This document shows, one piece after another, positions 28,352-37,851 of a stretch of DNA of 64,000 bases (the stretch's first letter is position 1; every line of letters starts with the position of its first letter). The position numbers were made by a program, and so were the translations under genes. The stretch is from Clostridia bacterium. GTDB taxonomy: Bacteria > Bacillota > Clostridia > UBA1212 > DUPL01. The stretch is from assembly GCA_050951325.1 (NCBI GenBank), contig JBMNIW010000001.1, positions 129,229-193,228 on the forward strand, written 5' to 3'. Below the pieces are notes generated by a model. The model saw nothing but the letters and a program-made list of their open reading frames with translations. It was not told the DNA's origin and ran no database searches.

Positions 28352-28600
28352 GTGGCTAAAGCCAGCAGGTTCTAACGTACTTTCCAACTTCTGCACTAAC
28401 CCGAAAGTATAGTGCCACTAATTGGTTTCCGTTAGACTTTTACCACCAATTGTTCCTACGAACAAATTAACGGTAGTTTAGGCTCGTTTCAAAACCCATT
28501 ATATAAACTCATATTACATTCTTTAATGCTTGTCTTACTTCACTATTATTTAATCTTTCAATTTCTTTATCATGTAGTATTTTAAACCTCTCAAAATCTC
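28352..28600 (-). ncRNA. Putative TnpB guide RNA (omegaRNA / reRNA) from the 3' end of tnpB plus the right end.
   Basis: Position only: in characterised IS200/IS605 elements the omegaRNA overlaps the tnpB 3' end and the right end. The 150-nt region 28355-28508 is non-coding. Confidence 0.3.
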
Positions 28601-29966
28601 GTTTACATTCTTCTTGATTAATATTGCATAAATCATCGTTAACGTGCTGTATTAAAAATGCACTATATAAATCCCTTTGTATTTTAATGCCGTTTAAATC
28701 ATTCCAACGTTGACTTAATTTTTTCTTATTATATCTGCAATTCAAATGATTATATTGGCTTGCTTTTACTTCTTTAGTATTAACTTTTATAAGTTTTTCA
28801 CCAAAATATTTTAATTTATTGTCTAGTATGGTTAATAATTTTGCTGGTGCTTTATTGGCTAAACTTTTACCAAACCGTTTCTTACGTTTAAATTTACCTT
28901 TATCGTTCTTTTCAGTTTTCTTGTTTCGTTTCTGCAATCCTTTAAAATTCATTTCTTCAACTTTTATCTTATTACCGAGAGATAATATATAATTACTTAA
29001 TAATTGGTGTTGATATTCTCTTACGTCTGCTTGTTTTCTATATAATTCTCTTAGTTTGTTCTGTGCTTTAATATATCTATTAGATTTGACCCATTTAAGT
29101 TTACCTTTTTTTATTGTACCATCTTCATTAAAATTATCAGGATTATTAGCACGTCTGCTTCTATCCATATACCTCAAAATTCTACGCTTTTCTTTTTCAA
29201 TATTATTTACTCTATCGGCTAATTCTAATAATTTTACATCTACATTTGATACTATTGCTATTGTTTGAGTACCAATATCTAACCCCACTGTACCATTTCC
29301 TATATGTCTTTTAACCTCACCATCTTTATTTATCTTCATAGGAGGTACACCTTTGAATACTATTTGAAGATAATATTTGTATTTACCTTTTATAAATCTA
29401 CGTTTAATTCTACAATAGCATATTTCATCTTTTAGTGCTTGGTACTCATAAGGATTATTATAATCTATTTTTACAGATATTTTTAACCCATTCCATATAA
29501 GAAAACCATCTTTAAATCTTATGCCTGTTTTATTGCTTTTACCTTCAAGAGAATCTAATTCTCCATATTTTTTGAAGTGTACTATTTCACCATCTCCAAA
29601 CAATAAATCTTCAAATGCACTCCATACTCTTGTTGCTATTTTTTGTGCTGTGAAACTATCTATATTTTCCGAGAAATGATGTTGCATTTCTTGTATATCT
29701 TCATGTAGTGAATATTCATTGAGCCTATATTGCTTATACATTTCATTTAATTGCTTATATAATAGTTTCTTCTCTTTTTCATTTGCATTATTAATTTGCT
29801 CCTTTAACTGCCTATATTTTTTAGTTTCAATCATAGATTTATAACGTTTATATGCTTTAGATAATACAGCATTGTATAATTGTCTGCTAATTTCAAAACG
29901 CTTATTTAAAATAGTTTCTTGATACTTTTCAGTTATTAATGGAAATGTTACACAATATCGACTCAT
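28509..29966 (-). CDS. tnpB: TnpB (IS605 OrfB-type RuvC-like, RNA-guided nuclease family), 485 aa.
   Basis: N-terminal YCVTFPLITEKYQETILNKRFEISRQLYN. RuvC-I VGLDIGTQTIAIVS. RuvC-II IKVEEMNFKGL. RuvC-III QRDLYSAFLI. The zinc-finger region has only three Cys (NCRYN ... CNINQEEC). RBS AAAGGTGGTGAATATTT. Confidence 0.85.
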   Translation of the reverse strand: MSRYCVTFPLITEKYQETILNKRFEISRQLYNAVLSKAYKRYKSMIETKKYRQLKEQINNANEKEKKLLYKQLNEMYKQYRLNEYSLHEDIQEMQHHFSENIDSFTAQKIATRVWSAFEDLLFGDGEIVHFKKYGELDSLEGKSNKTGIRFKDGFLIWNGLKISVKIDYNNPYEYQALKDEICYCRIKRRFIKGKYKYYLQIVFKGVPPMKINKDGEVKRHIGNGTVGLDIGTQTIAIVSNVDVKLLELADRVNNIEKEKRRILRYMDRSRRANNPDNFNEDGTIKKGKLKWVKSNRYIKAQNKLRELYRKQADVREYQHQLLSNYILSLGNKIKVEEMNFKGLQKRNKKTEKNDKGKFKRKKRFGKSLANKAPAKLLTILDNKLKYFGEKLIKVNTKEVKASQYNHLNCRYNKKKLSQRWNDLNGIKIQRDLYSAFLIQHVNDDLCNINQEECKRDFERFKILHDKEIERLNNSEVRQALKNVI

Positions 29967-29983
29967 AAATATTCACCACCTTT

Positions 29984-30382
29984 CTATACGTTTTTTTGAT
30001 TTTCTATATATTTTTGTATTGTTTCTTCTGAAATATATCCTATAGTGCAACAAAAATAACTTCGTGTCCAAAGAGAAGGTATTCTACTTCTTAACTCTGG
30101 ATATTTATTTCTTAATATCCTACTACTTGTTCCTTTAAAATATCTTATTAATTCATGCAGTGGTTGTCGTGGGTCAAAACTTATAAACATATGAACATGG
30201 TCGGGCATTATTTCTAATGCTTTTATTTCAACATTCTTTTCTTTTGCAATATCATAAAATATTTGTCTTAAATCTTTTTCAATATTACCAACCAATACTT
30301 TCCTTCTATATTTAGGACAAAACACTATATGATATTGGTTAAGATATACAATACCTTCTTTGTGTATATATTTATCATTCAT
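29984..30382 (-). CDS. tnpA: IS200-type Y1 (HUH) transposase TnpA.
   Basis: 132 aa. HUH motif MPDHVHMFISF. Catalytic Tyr region SYFCCTIGY. RBS TAGGTGGTGAATATCTA. Confidence 0.9.
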   Translation of the reverse strand: MNDKYIHKEGIVYLNQYHIVFCPKYRRKVLVGNIEKDLRQIFYDIAKEKNVEIKALEIMPDHVHMFISFDPRQPLHELIRYFKGTSSRILRNKYPELRSRIPSLWTRSYFCCTIGYISEETIQKYIENQKNV

Positions 30383-30441
30383 TAGATATTCACCACCTAT
30401 CTAATTATAATATAGCATAATATTAGATGGGTGTCAAGTAT

Positions 30442-32301
30442 CTAATAAGCCTTCATCCCAACGACTAAAGTCGTGGGCTTTCGGCTAAGTTTTCTGTAAA
30501 CCCAGCCATACTTGTTTCGTATGAGTTTTGGAACAACAAACTTTATATACCTGGCTTTTGTTTTTTCAATATTAATCTTTAACTCCTTTTCAACAGGCAG
30601 TGCAACCTGCTCATTGGCTATTTCTACCCAGTTATCGTTGCCATCTGACACCAATATCTTAAACCTCTGTGGAAACACGGTACCATCAGCAGGATGTAAT
30701 ACAATCTCGTTAAACTCCTTTTGGGTTCTAAAATCAAACAAAACAAACTGCTCCGTACTTTCCTTTGCTATACCCATATACCCTTTATTATCAAGAGTAG
30801 CATTCTTTTGCCCATCCACAAGATGAACGAGATAGTACCCCTCCTCTCCATAAGAGCTGGATGCGGACATAACTGCATTTTTTAACATGTTAGTCTTGCT
30901 ATCATCCTGCTCTGCTACCTCATCCAAAGTACCTATGACATTGACTCCTTCCCTGAAGACAAACAGCGCCGCTCCACCAGGTTCAAGAGTTTTTGTAAGG
31001 ATGCCTTTCCTTTTGTACATACCTTTTTTGTAGTCAGCCTTTATTTCCTTTCCCGTTTCCTTTGATATCTCTTTAATATAATCGATTCCGTCAATCTCAA
31101 ATTTGACAGTCTGGCTGCGGAGAAAGTCCTTGTTCACAATCATCATGTAGTTTCTTTTTGTATCCCGATGTTCCATGAGGGAAATGATTGAGTATGTATC
31201 CCCTATTGGCTGAATGAACAAATCCTTTGGAACCTCCTTGTAAGTCACACCATCCTGTTTCATCCCCGAATGATATATCTCCAAGGCATCCAGCTTTGCC
31301 AGATGAGAACCTATTGCATGAATTTGCTTGTTTACCTTGCATAAAGGCTCATACAAATCTGTAGGATTTCCTTCATAATCCATTATTGCAAGGGATGCAT
31401 TCCCTTCATTTTTGGGCGGTGTAGCCCAGCAGAAAAACTTAAGCTGCTTGAATCCATAAGCCAGTGCCGCCATCATGTTGTATCTTAGCACATCGATATC
31501 CGGTCGTCTGTAATACCCCGGAATACCCAAAGCCTGCACATAAACTGCCGTGTTAATCCCGTAATCCAGCCCCACCTGCCTCATGATTTCATAATCATTA
31601 AACATGTCAGTCTCGTTGTTGCTTTTGGGATCTTCTCCAAAGGTATATACATCAAACGACAAAATATCTCTTTTATCCTGTAAAAGCATGCAGTAATCTC
31701 TAAGCTGCTTTTCCCAGATCTCATACGACGGATAACCAAAATGAGGCATGAAGTTGACATCGCATATTGCATCCGTGTCATATGTTCGCATTAGTCTGAC
31801 AACCCTTGCAAAGGGGTTGGCATTCTTCGGTTCATCGTAGAGATAATATCCGCCAACCCCTGGCAGGTCCTTGTACTCATCTACAATTCCTTTTATTTCT
31901 TCATCCGTTCTGTTCAAAATGCTTTGGATTCTTGTGTCTCTTACCAATATTTTAAGTCCGTACTTGTCTGCCACTTCCGCCGCTTTCTTGTATCTTTCCT
32001 CTGTATGCTCACTTGAAACAAAAGTCTCACTGAAATAGATATGCGTAACCAAATCAATATCAGCATCCTTCATGTATTTCATTTGCTGTTCCATGTGCTC
32101 ATCATCGTACAAAGGCACAAGGTAGGAAGTAATAATTATATTATCAAGATCCATTGCCCTTGGCCTCTCAACACCTTCTCTTTTACGCATAAAATCCTTC
32201 TCATACATTCTACCAATCACTCCATTTGATACAAGCAGTATTGCTGCGATAAGCAATAAAGCTGCAAATACATACAATACTGCTTTTCCAATCGCTCTCA
32301 T
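30442..32301 (-). CDS. GH-like TIM-barrel protein, paralogue of 6907..9168, with an N-terminal signal-anchor. Its 3' end is rewritten by the IS insertion.
   Basis: GGYYLYDEPKNANPFARVVRLM and downstream blocks collinear with 6907..9168. The final ~17 residues (RKLSRKPTTLVVGMKAY*) are read from the IS left end. ATG 32301 used (ORF track TTG 32307). Confidence 0.7.
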   Translation of the reverse strand: MRAIGKAVLYVFAALLLIAAILLVSNGVIGRMYEKDFMRKREGVERPRAMDLDNIIITSYLVPLYDDEHMEQQMKYMKDADIDLVTHIYFSETFVSSEHTEERYKKAAEVADKYGLKILVRDTRIQSILNRTDEEIKGIVDEYKDLPGVGGYYLYDEPKNANPFARVVRLMRTYDTDAICDVNFMPHFGYPSYEIWEKQLRDYCMLLQDKRDILSFDVYTFGEDPKSNNETDMFNDYEIMRQVGLDYGINTAVYVQALGIPGYYRRPDIDVLRYNMMAALAYGFKQLKFFCWATPPKNEGNASLAIMDYEGNPTDLYEPLCKVNKQIHAIGSHLAKLDALEIYHSGMKQDGVTYKEVPKDLFIQPIGDTYSIISLMEHRDTKRNYMMIVNKDFLRSQTVKFEIDGIDYIKEISKETGKEIKADYKKGMYKRKGILTKTLEPGGAALFVFREGVNVIGTLDEVAEQDDSKTNMLKNAVMSASSSYGEEGYYLVHLVDGQKNATLDNKGYMGIAKESTEQFVLFDFRTQKEFNEIVLHPADGTVFPQRFKILVSDGNDNWVEIANEQVALPVEKELKINIEKTKARYIKFVVPKLIRNKYGWVYRKLSRKPTTLVVGMKAY

Positions 32302-32313
32302 CTTCAATCATCC

Positions 32314-33021
32314 TTACCACGGTTCTGACAGCGGACCATATAAATTGTTCGGCGTCTTCGTGTAATGAATTCTAAGACTAAAAGTTTTGTCTTCCCACAG
32401 CTGATCATCCTTGAAAGCCCTGTGGCTCTCATGGCCAGCAACCCTGTTGAATACACCAATAAAAGTAAAGCTCTCATCATTTAAGATATACAAGAGATAC
32501 TCGCCATCTGGGAGTGGATCAAATGAAAGTTCAACATTTTCCCAGTCATTGAAGTTTACCTTTTTCTCCTCTACCAGTGGCTCGCTTTTCAAGGTATCAT
32601 CGTACGTCCCCTGCCATGCAAAAAGGTAATAGTAGATATGGTAAGGTGGATCCTTGGGAGCACCGTATGTAACAAAGGCCACACTTAACTTGTCAAACTC
32701 TGTAGTGGCAAAGAATTGAGCTGCCATTGAACCAGTAACCTGAGTAGGATCTCCGCTATCATTTTCATCATAGAACAACGCCCAGACTTCTTCATCACTT
32801 GCAATACCTCCTGCGTACTGTCCGGTGCCAGGCGGTATTGTCTCCTTTGGTTCTTGTGTGGGTTCGGAAGTAGGTTCCTCAGTAGGTGCGGTAGTAGGCT
32901 CCTCAGTTGTAACAGGTGTAGGAGTAGCATCACCTTCCGAGGCTTTCTCAATGCAACCTACTAATAATCCTATAGTTATTGCAAAAGTTAAAAATAACAA
33001 TAAAATACATTTATTTGACAT
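32314..33021 (-). CDS. Lipoprotein with a Pro/Thr-rich linker and a beta-domain homologous to the N-terminal domain of the 848-aa GH-like proteins.
   Basis: Lipobox LLVGC. PTPVTTEEPTTAPTEEPTSEPTQEP linker. Motifs AAQFFATTEFDKLSVAF..GEYLLYILNDESF match QFHATTSFNGFNIFF..GEYLLVVNDAYG in 37852..40350. ATG 33021 follows ACAGGAGGCGATTTG. Confidence 0.6.
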   Translation of the reverse strand: MSNKCILLLFLTFAITIGLLVGCIEKASEGDATPTPVTTEEPTTAPTEEPTSEPTQEPKETIPPGTGQYAGGIASDEEVWALFYDENDSGDPTQVTGSMAAQFFATTEFDKLSVAFVTYGAPKDPPYHIYYYLFAWQGTYDDTLKSEPLVEEKKVNFNDWENVELSFDPLPDGEYLLYILNDESFTFIGVFNRVAGHESHRAFKDDQLWEDKTFSLRIHYTKTPNNLYGPLSEPW

Positions 33022-33135
33022 CAAATCGCCTCCTGTATCAAGTTAATTTATTCTAGCATGTAAACTTAGTACGAAATTAACAATCTAGTTGACTTTTTTT
33101 AACCCCTTTAATATATTTATTAACGGGGTGATTGC

Positions 33136-34212
33136 ATGATTACTGTAGATCAGTTAAAGCCATACCTGATGAAAATGACAGATGAAGAGTCTATATACAA
33201 AAAAATATATGAACTAAGGAAGGAACCAGATAAATTCAAAGAGTACATGCTCAATCTGGACAGAAAAGCCTTGCTCAATCAAGGCATATGGCTGCCGAAA
33301 CCCTCAGAAGAAGCAGGAGGCTGGAATTTTCCTGAATACCTAATCAGCAACGAAACCCAAAACATTGATGTTTCCAAACACAACAGGTACAATCCACTTT
33401 TCTATCACGGTCATGATGTCTTTGAAATGATATATATATACGAAGGCAAATGCGAAAACACTGTCGAAGAACTTCCTGGTAAGTTTGTAAAAATGAATAT
33501 GGAAAAGGATGACATATGTATACTTGCACCAGGCATCAAGCACACCATGGGAGTTTACGATGATGACAGTATTGTTATAAATATTATTATCAGGCAATCG
33601 ACATTCAAAAGAATATTTTTCAACTTGCTGACACATAAAAATCCTTTGTCCTTTTTCTTTTACAACACCTTCTACTCTGACAACCCAAACAGCTACATAT
33701 ACTTCAAAACAAAAGATGACCAGGAACTTCACAGGGTCTTTGAAAACCTAATAGTAGAGTGCATAAACAAAAGAGAATATTTCACAGAAAACAGCGAAAA
33801 CCTTCTCAGGTCCGTATTCTTCTATTTACTGCGCAACCATGCCAAGGATGCCATCTTGCCCAACTCCCCCTTTAAAGCACCAATCTTCATTTACGACATC
33901 CTTGCATTTATACAGGAACACTACAATACTGTAACACTTCGTCAGCTTTCATACAAATTCAACTATTCAGAGCAATATCTTTGCAAACTTATAAAAAAGC
34001 ATACTGGTTCCACTTTCAACAGAATCCTTGAAGATATCAGGTTTGCAAAATGTGCCAGCATGTTGGAATCATCAAATCTGCCAATATCCGAAATCAGCAA
34101 ACTAGTACAACATCACCGCACAAGACTTTTAGTATGTCTCCATCTGAAACTTTTTCTTTGTCAGTCTCAACCTTGGCTTCGTAAAGACCGTCTAAATTAC
34201 AGTTTTCAATAA
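33136..34212 (+). CDS. AraC-family regulator (cupin plus HTH) whose final recognition helix is missing or replaced; probably degraded.
   Basis: The first HTH and the start of the second are intact (..FNRILEDIRFAKCASMLESSNLPISEISKLV). The last 36 aa (QHHRTRLLVCLHLKLF...) are antisense to the 3' end of 34094..34858 and do not match the GYSDxxYFSRxFKK consensus. Confidence 0.55.
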   Translation: MITVDQLKPYLMKMTDEESIYKKIYELRKEPDKFKEYMLNLDRKALLNQGIWLPKPSEEAGGWNFPEYLISNETQNIDVSKHNRYNPLFYHGHDVFEMIYIYEGKCENTVEELPGKFVKMNMEKDDICILAPGIKHTMGVYDDDSIVINIIIRQSTFKRIFFNLLTHKNPLSFFFYNTFYSDNPNSYIYFKTKDDQELHRVFENLIVECINKREYFTENSENLLRSVFFYLLRNHAKDAILPNSPFKAPIFIYDILAFIQEHYNTVTLRQLSYKFNYSEQYLCKLIKKHTGSTFNRILEDIRFAKCASMLESSNLPISEISKLVQHHRTRLLVCLHLKLFLCQSQPWLRKDRLNYSFQ

Positions 34213-34858
34213 ATATTTCTTTAGAAACTTCCTCTTCTATTTCAATTATTCTCTCTTGAATATCAATCTTGTATGGAGAATCTACAAATCTAAACCCATC
34301 GATATCTACCTCATTGATTGCAGCCCAACCATTTTGAACCTCATTGTCAAGCATGGTTATTTTCACATACTTGCCATAAAAACCATCAAAACTGTCTGTT
34401 GTATTATACCCTTCATCGTTGTTGGAACGGTCCGCTATCAACACCCAATCATCTCCGTCATAACTTGCGTATAACTCATAATAGTAAATGCGGCCAGTTT
34501 CAAGCCATGTAAAATGAGCCTTGCTTAATATGAATGGTGCACCAAAATCAAAAATCACATCGGTAGGGAATCTCTTGAAAGCCCACCTGGTATAAGGATC
34601 ACCATCGACCATAAGCTCTTTCGGTCTGGGTTCAGGGCCTTCTTCATATCCTTCTACAGTTATTTCTGCTTTCTTGGCAAAATCCGGTCCATAGTACTTT
34701 TCTTTAGGTTCCGGAGTTGGCGATGGTGTTGGTGTTGGCGTACTTGCTTTTGTAGTTTCTGTCGGGACAGGCTCTTCCGGTTTTCTATCACATCCAACCA
34801 TCATAATACAGCAAATATGTATGACACACATAACAAGAATAAAGATTCTTCTCCACAT
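34094..34858 (-). CDS. Lipoprotein: PT linker, F5/8 type C (discoidin) domain and a small C-terminal domain.
   Basis: Lipobox MMVGC. MVDGDPYTRWAFKRFPTDVIFDFGAPF...GWAAINEVDIDGFRF. RBS AAAGGAGGAATTATA. Confidence 0.7.
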   Translation of the reverse strand: MWRRIFILVMCVIHICCIMMVGCDRKPEEPVPTETTKASTPTPTPSPTPEPKEKYYGPDFAKKAEITVEGYEEGPEPRPKELMVDGDPYTRWAFKRFPTDVIFDFGAPFILSKAHFTWLETGRIYYYELYASYDGDDWVLIADRSNNDEGYNTTDSFDGFYGKYVKITMLDNEVQNGWAAINEVDIDGFRFVDSPYKIDIQERIIEIEEEVSKEIFIENCNLDGLYEAKVETDKEKVSDGDILKVLCGDVVLVC

Positions 34859-35074
34859 TATAATTCCTCCTTTGAACCTTTTCTACGCCCAGTATATAGC
34901 TGCATATATTACTTGTCGTTTGTGTTTCGGTTGTAGGGAAAACTACTTGTGATAAAAACGGAATTGAATATAATTTGTACGATATTTTTTAACGAATTCC
35001 GATTTATGCACGACTACACTATTTAACAGTTGATATAATTTATAAAGCAACATTAATGTGAAAGGAAAATTGTT

Positions 35075-36784
35075 ATGTGTATTGCATGGAGGTTATTACT
35101 CATATTTATTACATTGTCAATAGTTTTACTCCTCTTTGGGTGCAATAAAAAGGCAAACCAAGTATTACTGCAAAAAATAGCTGATAATGAAGTAGAATAC
35201 GATGAGAATGTAGTCCCAATCAACTGGGATAATCTTGACTTGAATGTGCTGGACAGCGATATTGCAAAAGGACTTGTTCAAGCGATAAACAACTCAAACA
35301 GATATGCAGTAAATACATGGTGGACGCAAGTTAAAAAGTTTGACAAGCAGGACGATCAAGAATACATAAGTATCGGGGGAAAATCAGAAGCAACAATAAG
35401 AAGCATATCTGAAATGGCCAGGCTCCTTGCTGTTTCAATAAAACTAAACATATATGACGAAAGTCATACTGAAGTTCCACTTGAAGAAGCCAGAGCAATG
35501 ATGCTGAAGCTGGTAAAATCCCTTGCCAAAGCACATCTTGCAAACACAGAAGGAGGCTGGGGCGACCATTGGCAAAGCGCCTTCTGGGCAGCTGACGTTG
35601 CATTTTCCGGATGGCTCTTTTGGGAGAATTTTGGTATGGAAGATCAAGAAATGATTAGAAAGGTTGTGGTGCATGAAGCCAACCGCTTTATTTCATACGA
35701 AGTTCCCTACTACATGGACAAGGAAGGCAAAATCGTTTTCAAAGGAGACACAAAGGCTGAAGAAAATGCATGGAATGCAAACATTACTACTTTGGCCTGC
35801 GCGATGATGCCCAATCACGAAAACCACAATTTATGGATGTACAAGAACCTGGAACTGATAATATCCTCCTATGCTTTACCGGAAGATGTCACATCAAACA
35901 AGCTGGTAAATAAGTTCAGGTTGAAGGAAATTTTAGACGGCTCAAATATAAATAGCGATGGAACGGTTGTAAATCATAATATAGTACATCCTGACTATCA
36001 GACATCCGTGCTGACACAAAATATGACAAAAGCAGCCTATTTTGCATTTGGAGGCATGGAGGTACCGGAAGCACTGATTTTCAATGCTGATATAATCTAC
36101 AGCGCACTTATAACTCTTGACATAGGCAAGTTTAATGCGGATAAGAAAGGCAGCTACATATATGAAAGGAATCCGGACGGAAGCGCATCTCCCGAAATAA
36201 ACTATCCAACGGGAACGGATTGGGGTGTTGACAGACAGCTTAACTTCTTCACCTCGGATGTCTTTGCCCATGTATTCAATCTGGACAGGGATTGTCCTGT
36301 AAAAGCAATAGATTATGCCCATGCACGCATGCAGGTAATTTTATCAATGCAGGGACGCAGTGACACAGGACAATATTACCAGGCAGGCGACAGCGACTCC
36401 TATGCCCTTAGAGAAGAATGGGTGGCGTTCCACTTGATTAACACTTATCTGGTTTTATGGGCTGAAAATAACGGGCTTGTCAACATTTCGAAAGATACAT
36501 TTCTAAAGCCGGCACCCTTGCGTTCTGCCCTGCCTGTTTTGCCAGAGAAAATATATGTTGGCAATGAGTTTCCTATAAGCTTTGAAGTAAACAAGGATCT
36601 GGTTGTACTGCCAAAGGATTTGAAGGTCAAATATTACAGCAGTGATGAAAGTATAGTTGTCATTAAAAATGGTGTATTCAAAGCAGTTGAAGTTGGCCAG
36701 TGTAAAATAACTGTTGTTGTGGAATATGGCAAACTTCGCACCAGTGGCACTGTAAGTGTAACCATTAACGATTACAATTATTAG
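35075..36784 (+). CDS. Lipoprotein paralogue of the Trp-rich domain family with a C-terminal Big_2 domain.
   Basis: Lipobox LLFGC. NTWWTQVKKF, HLANTEGGWGDHWQSAFWAADVAFSGWLFW, NHNIVHPDYQTS, EEWVAFHLINTYLVLW. Big_2-like LPKDLKVKYYSSDESIVVIKNG. Confidence 0.7.
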   Translation: MCIAWRLLLIFITLSIVLLLFGCNKKANQVLLQKIADNEVEYDENVVPINWDNLDLNVLDSDIAKGLVQAINNSNRYAVNTWWTQVKKFDKQDDQEYISIGGKSEATIRSISEMARLLAVSIKLNIYDESHTEVPLEEARAMMLKLVKSLAKAHLANTEGGWGDHWQSAFWAADVAFSGWLFWENFGMEDQEMIRKVVVHEANRFISYEVPYYMDKEGKIVFKGDTKAEENAWNANITTLACAMMPNHENHNLWMYKNLELIISSYALPEDVTSNKLVNKFRLKEILDGSNINSDGTVVNHNIVHPDYQTSVLTQNMTKAAYFAFGGMEVPEALIFNADIIYSALITLDIGKFNADKKGSYIYERNPDGSASPEINYPTGTDWGVDRQLNFFTSDVFAHVFNLDRDCPVKAIDYAHARMQVILSMQGRSDTGQYYQAGDSDSYALREEWVAFHLINTYLVLWAENNGLVNISKDTFLKPAPLRSALPVLPEKIYVGNEFPISFEVNKDLVVLPKDLKVKYYSSDESIVVIKNGVFKAVEVGQCKITVVVEYGKLRTSGTVSVTINDYNY

Positions 36785-37638
36785 AATCTCGCCTTTGTCC
36801 TATAATGTTTTATCCTGTACTCGGTTGGCGTCACGCCAACCATTTTCTTAAACACATGACTAAAATACTGTGAACTGCTAAAACCTGCTTCACATGCCAC
36901 TTTTACTACGGAAAGTGAGCGGTCTGCAAGAAGCTTTTTTGCAAGATTAATGCGCTGAAGAGTTATGAAATGGTTTACGTTTACGCCAAAGGCTTCCTTG
37001 AACTTCTTTCTCAAGTAGCGGGAGCTGATTCCGAATACATCACACATGTCTTCTATCACTATTTTTTCAGACAAATGCATGTTTATATACTCAATAATGC
37101 GCTGAAGTTTCTTGTCCTTGACAGTGTCATCATGGATTTTGGTCAGGCTGATTGACAGATGGACCACAAGTTCCAGAACGTATAACATAATAAGGGAGCT
37201 TGATTCCATATTATTATTTATACGGTTTATACATCCTTTTACATCAAGGCAAGAATCAATTACTTCATACTGCTTTTTTGAATAAAGACTATTTATGAAC
37301 TCATAGGATTTAGACAGTTCTTCAACATCATGCAAATCTGAAAGACTGAACTGAATTTGGGTAATGCGGCATTTAGCTTTTTCATCTATGATAAACTTAT
37401 GATTAACGCAGGGATATATAATAATCGCTTCTCCTTTGTTTACATAAACATACTTGTTGTCTGCAACAAAGTTGATAATGCAGACACCGCTATCAACGCA
37501 CACTATCTCAATGTCGTCATGTTTATGGGGACCATATGTATAACCTGCAGGGAAAAGGCGTACTCCTGCAAGTTTTATTGAAGACTTTACTTCGCTTTTT
37601 TCAAGATAATATAACAACTCGCTTTCAGAATATGCCAC
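36781..37638 (-). CDS. AraC-family transcriptional regulator (cupin plus complete HTH).
   Basis: C-terminal IEDMCDVFGISSRYLRKKFKEAFGVNVNHFITLQRINLAKKLL...VACEAGFSSSQYFSHVFKKMVGVTPTEYR. GTG start after GAGGGGAG. Confidence 0.8.
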   Translation of the reverse strand: MAYSESELLYYLEKSEVKSSIKLAGVRLFPAGYTYGPHKHDDIEIVCVDSGVCIINFVADNKYVYVNKGEAIIIYPCVNHKFIIDEKAKCRITQIQFSLSDLHDVEELSKSYEFINSLYSKKQYEVIDSCLDVKGCINRINNNMESSSLIMLYVLELVVHLSISLTKIHDDTVKDKKLQRIIEYINMHLSEKIVIEDMCDVFGISSRYLRKKFKEAFGVNVNHFITLQRINLAKKLLADRSLSVVKVACEAGFSSSQYFSHVFKKMVGVTPTEYRIKHYRTKARF

Positions 37639-37851
37639 GGCACTCCCCTCACTATATATTGCATTTTTCTATACTTTTGATTGTATTATACTGTCTGCAA
37701 CATGCCTTTACAAGCTGCTTCGCAAGGTCTTGTATGTTTTTTGAACAGGATATTTAATAAGTTCCGAAAATTGAACGACTCTGAAAATCTTGCAAAGATA
37801 TAATTGCCATCAAGAGAAGTAATGCAACCTACAAATTTATGGAGGAGTGTC

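Larger units (their letters stand above)
28352..30495 (-). mobile_element. IS200/IS605-family insertion sequence (IS608-like organisation, tnpA then tnpB). Boundaries are approximate.
   Basis: Y1/HUH tnpA plus tnpB in tandem. The left end abuts a TTAC tetranucleotide (revcomp GTAA at 30496-30499). A subterminal imperfect hairpin lies at 30457-30477. The host gene is split across the element. Confidence 0.7.
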
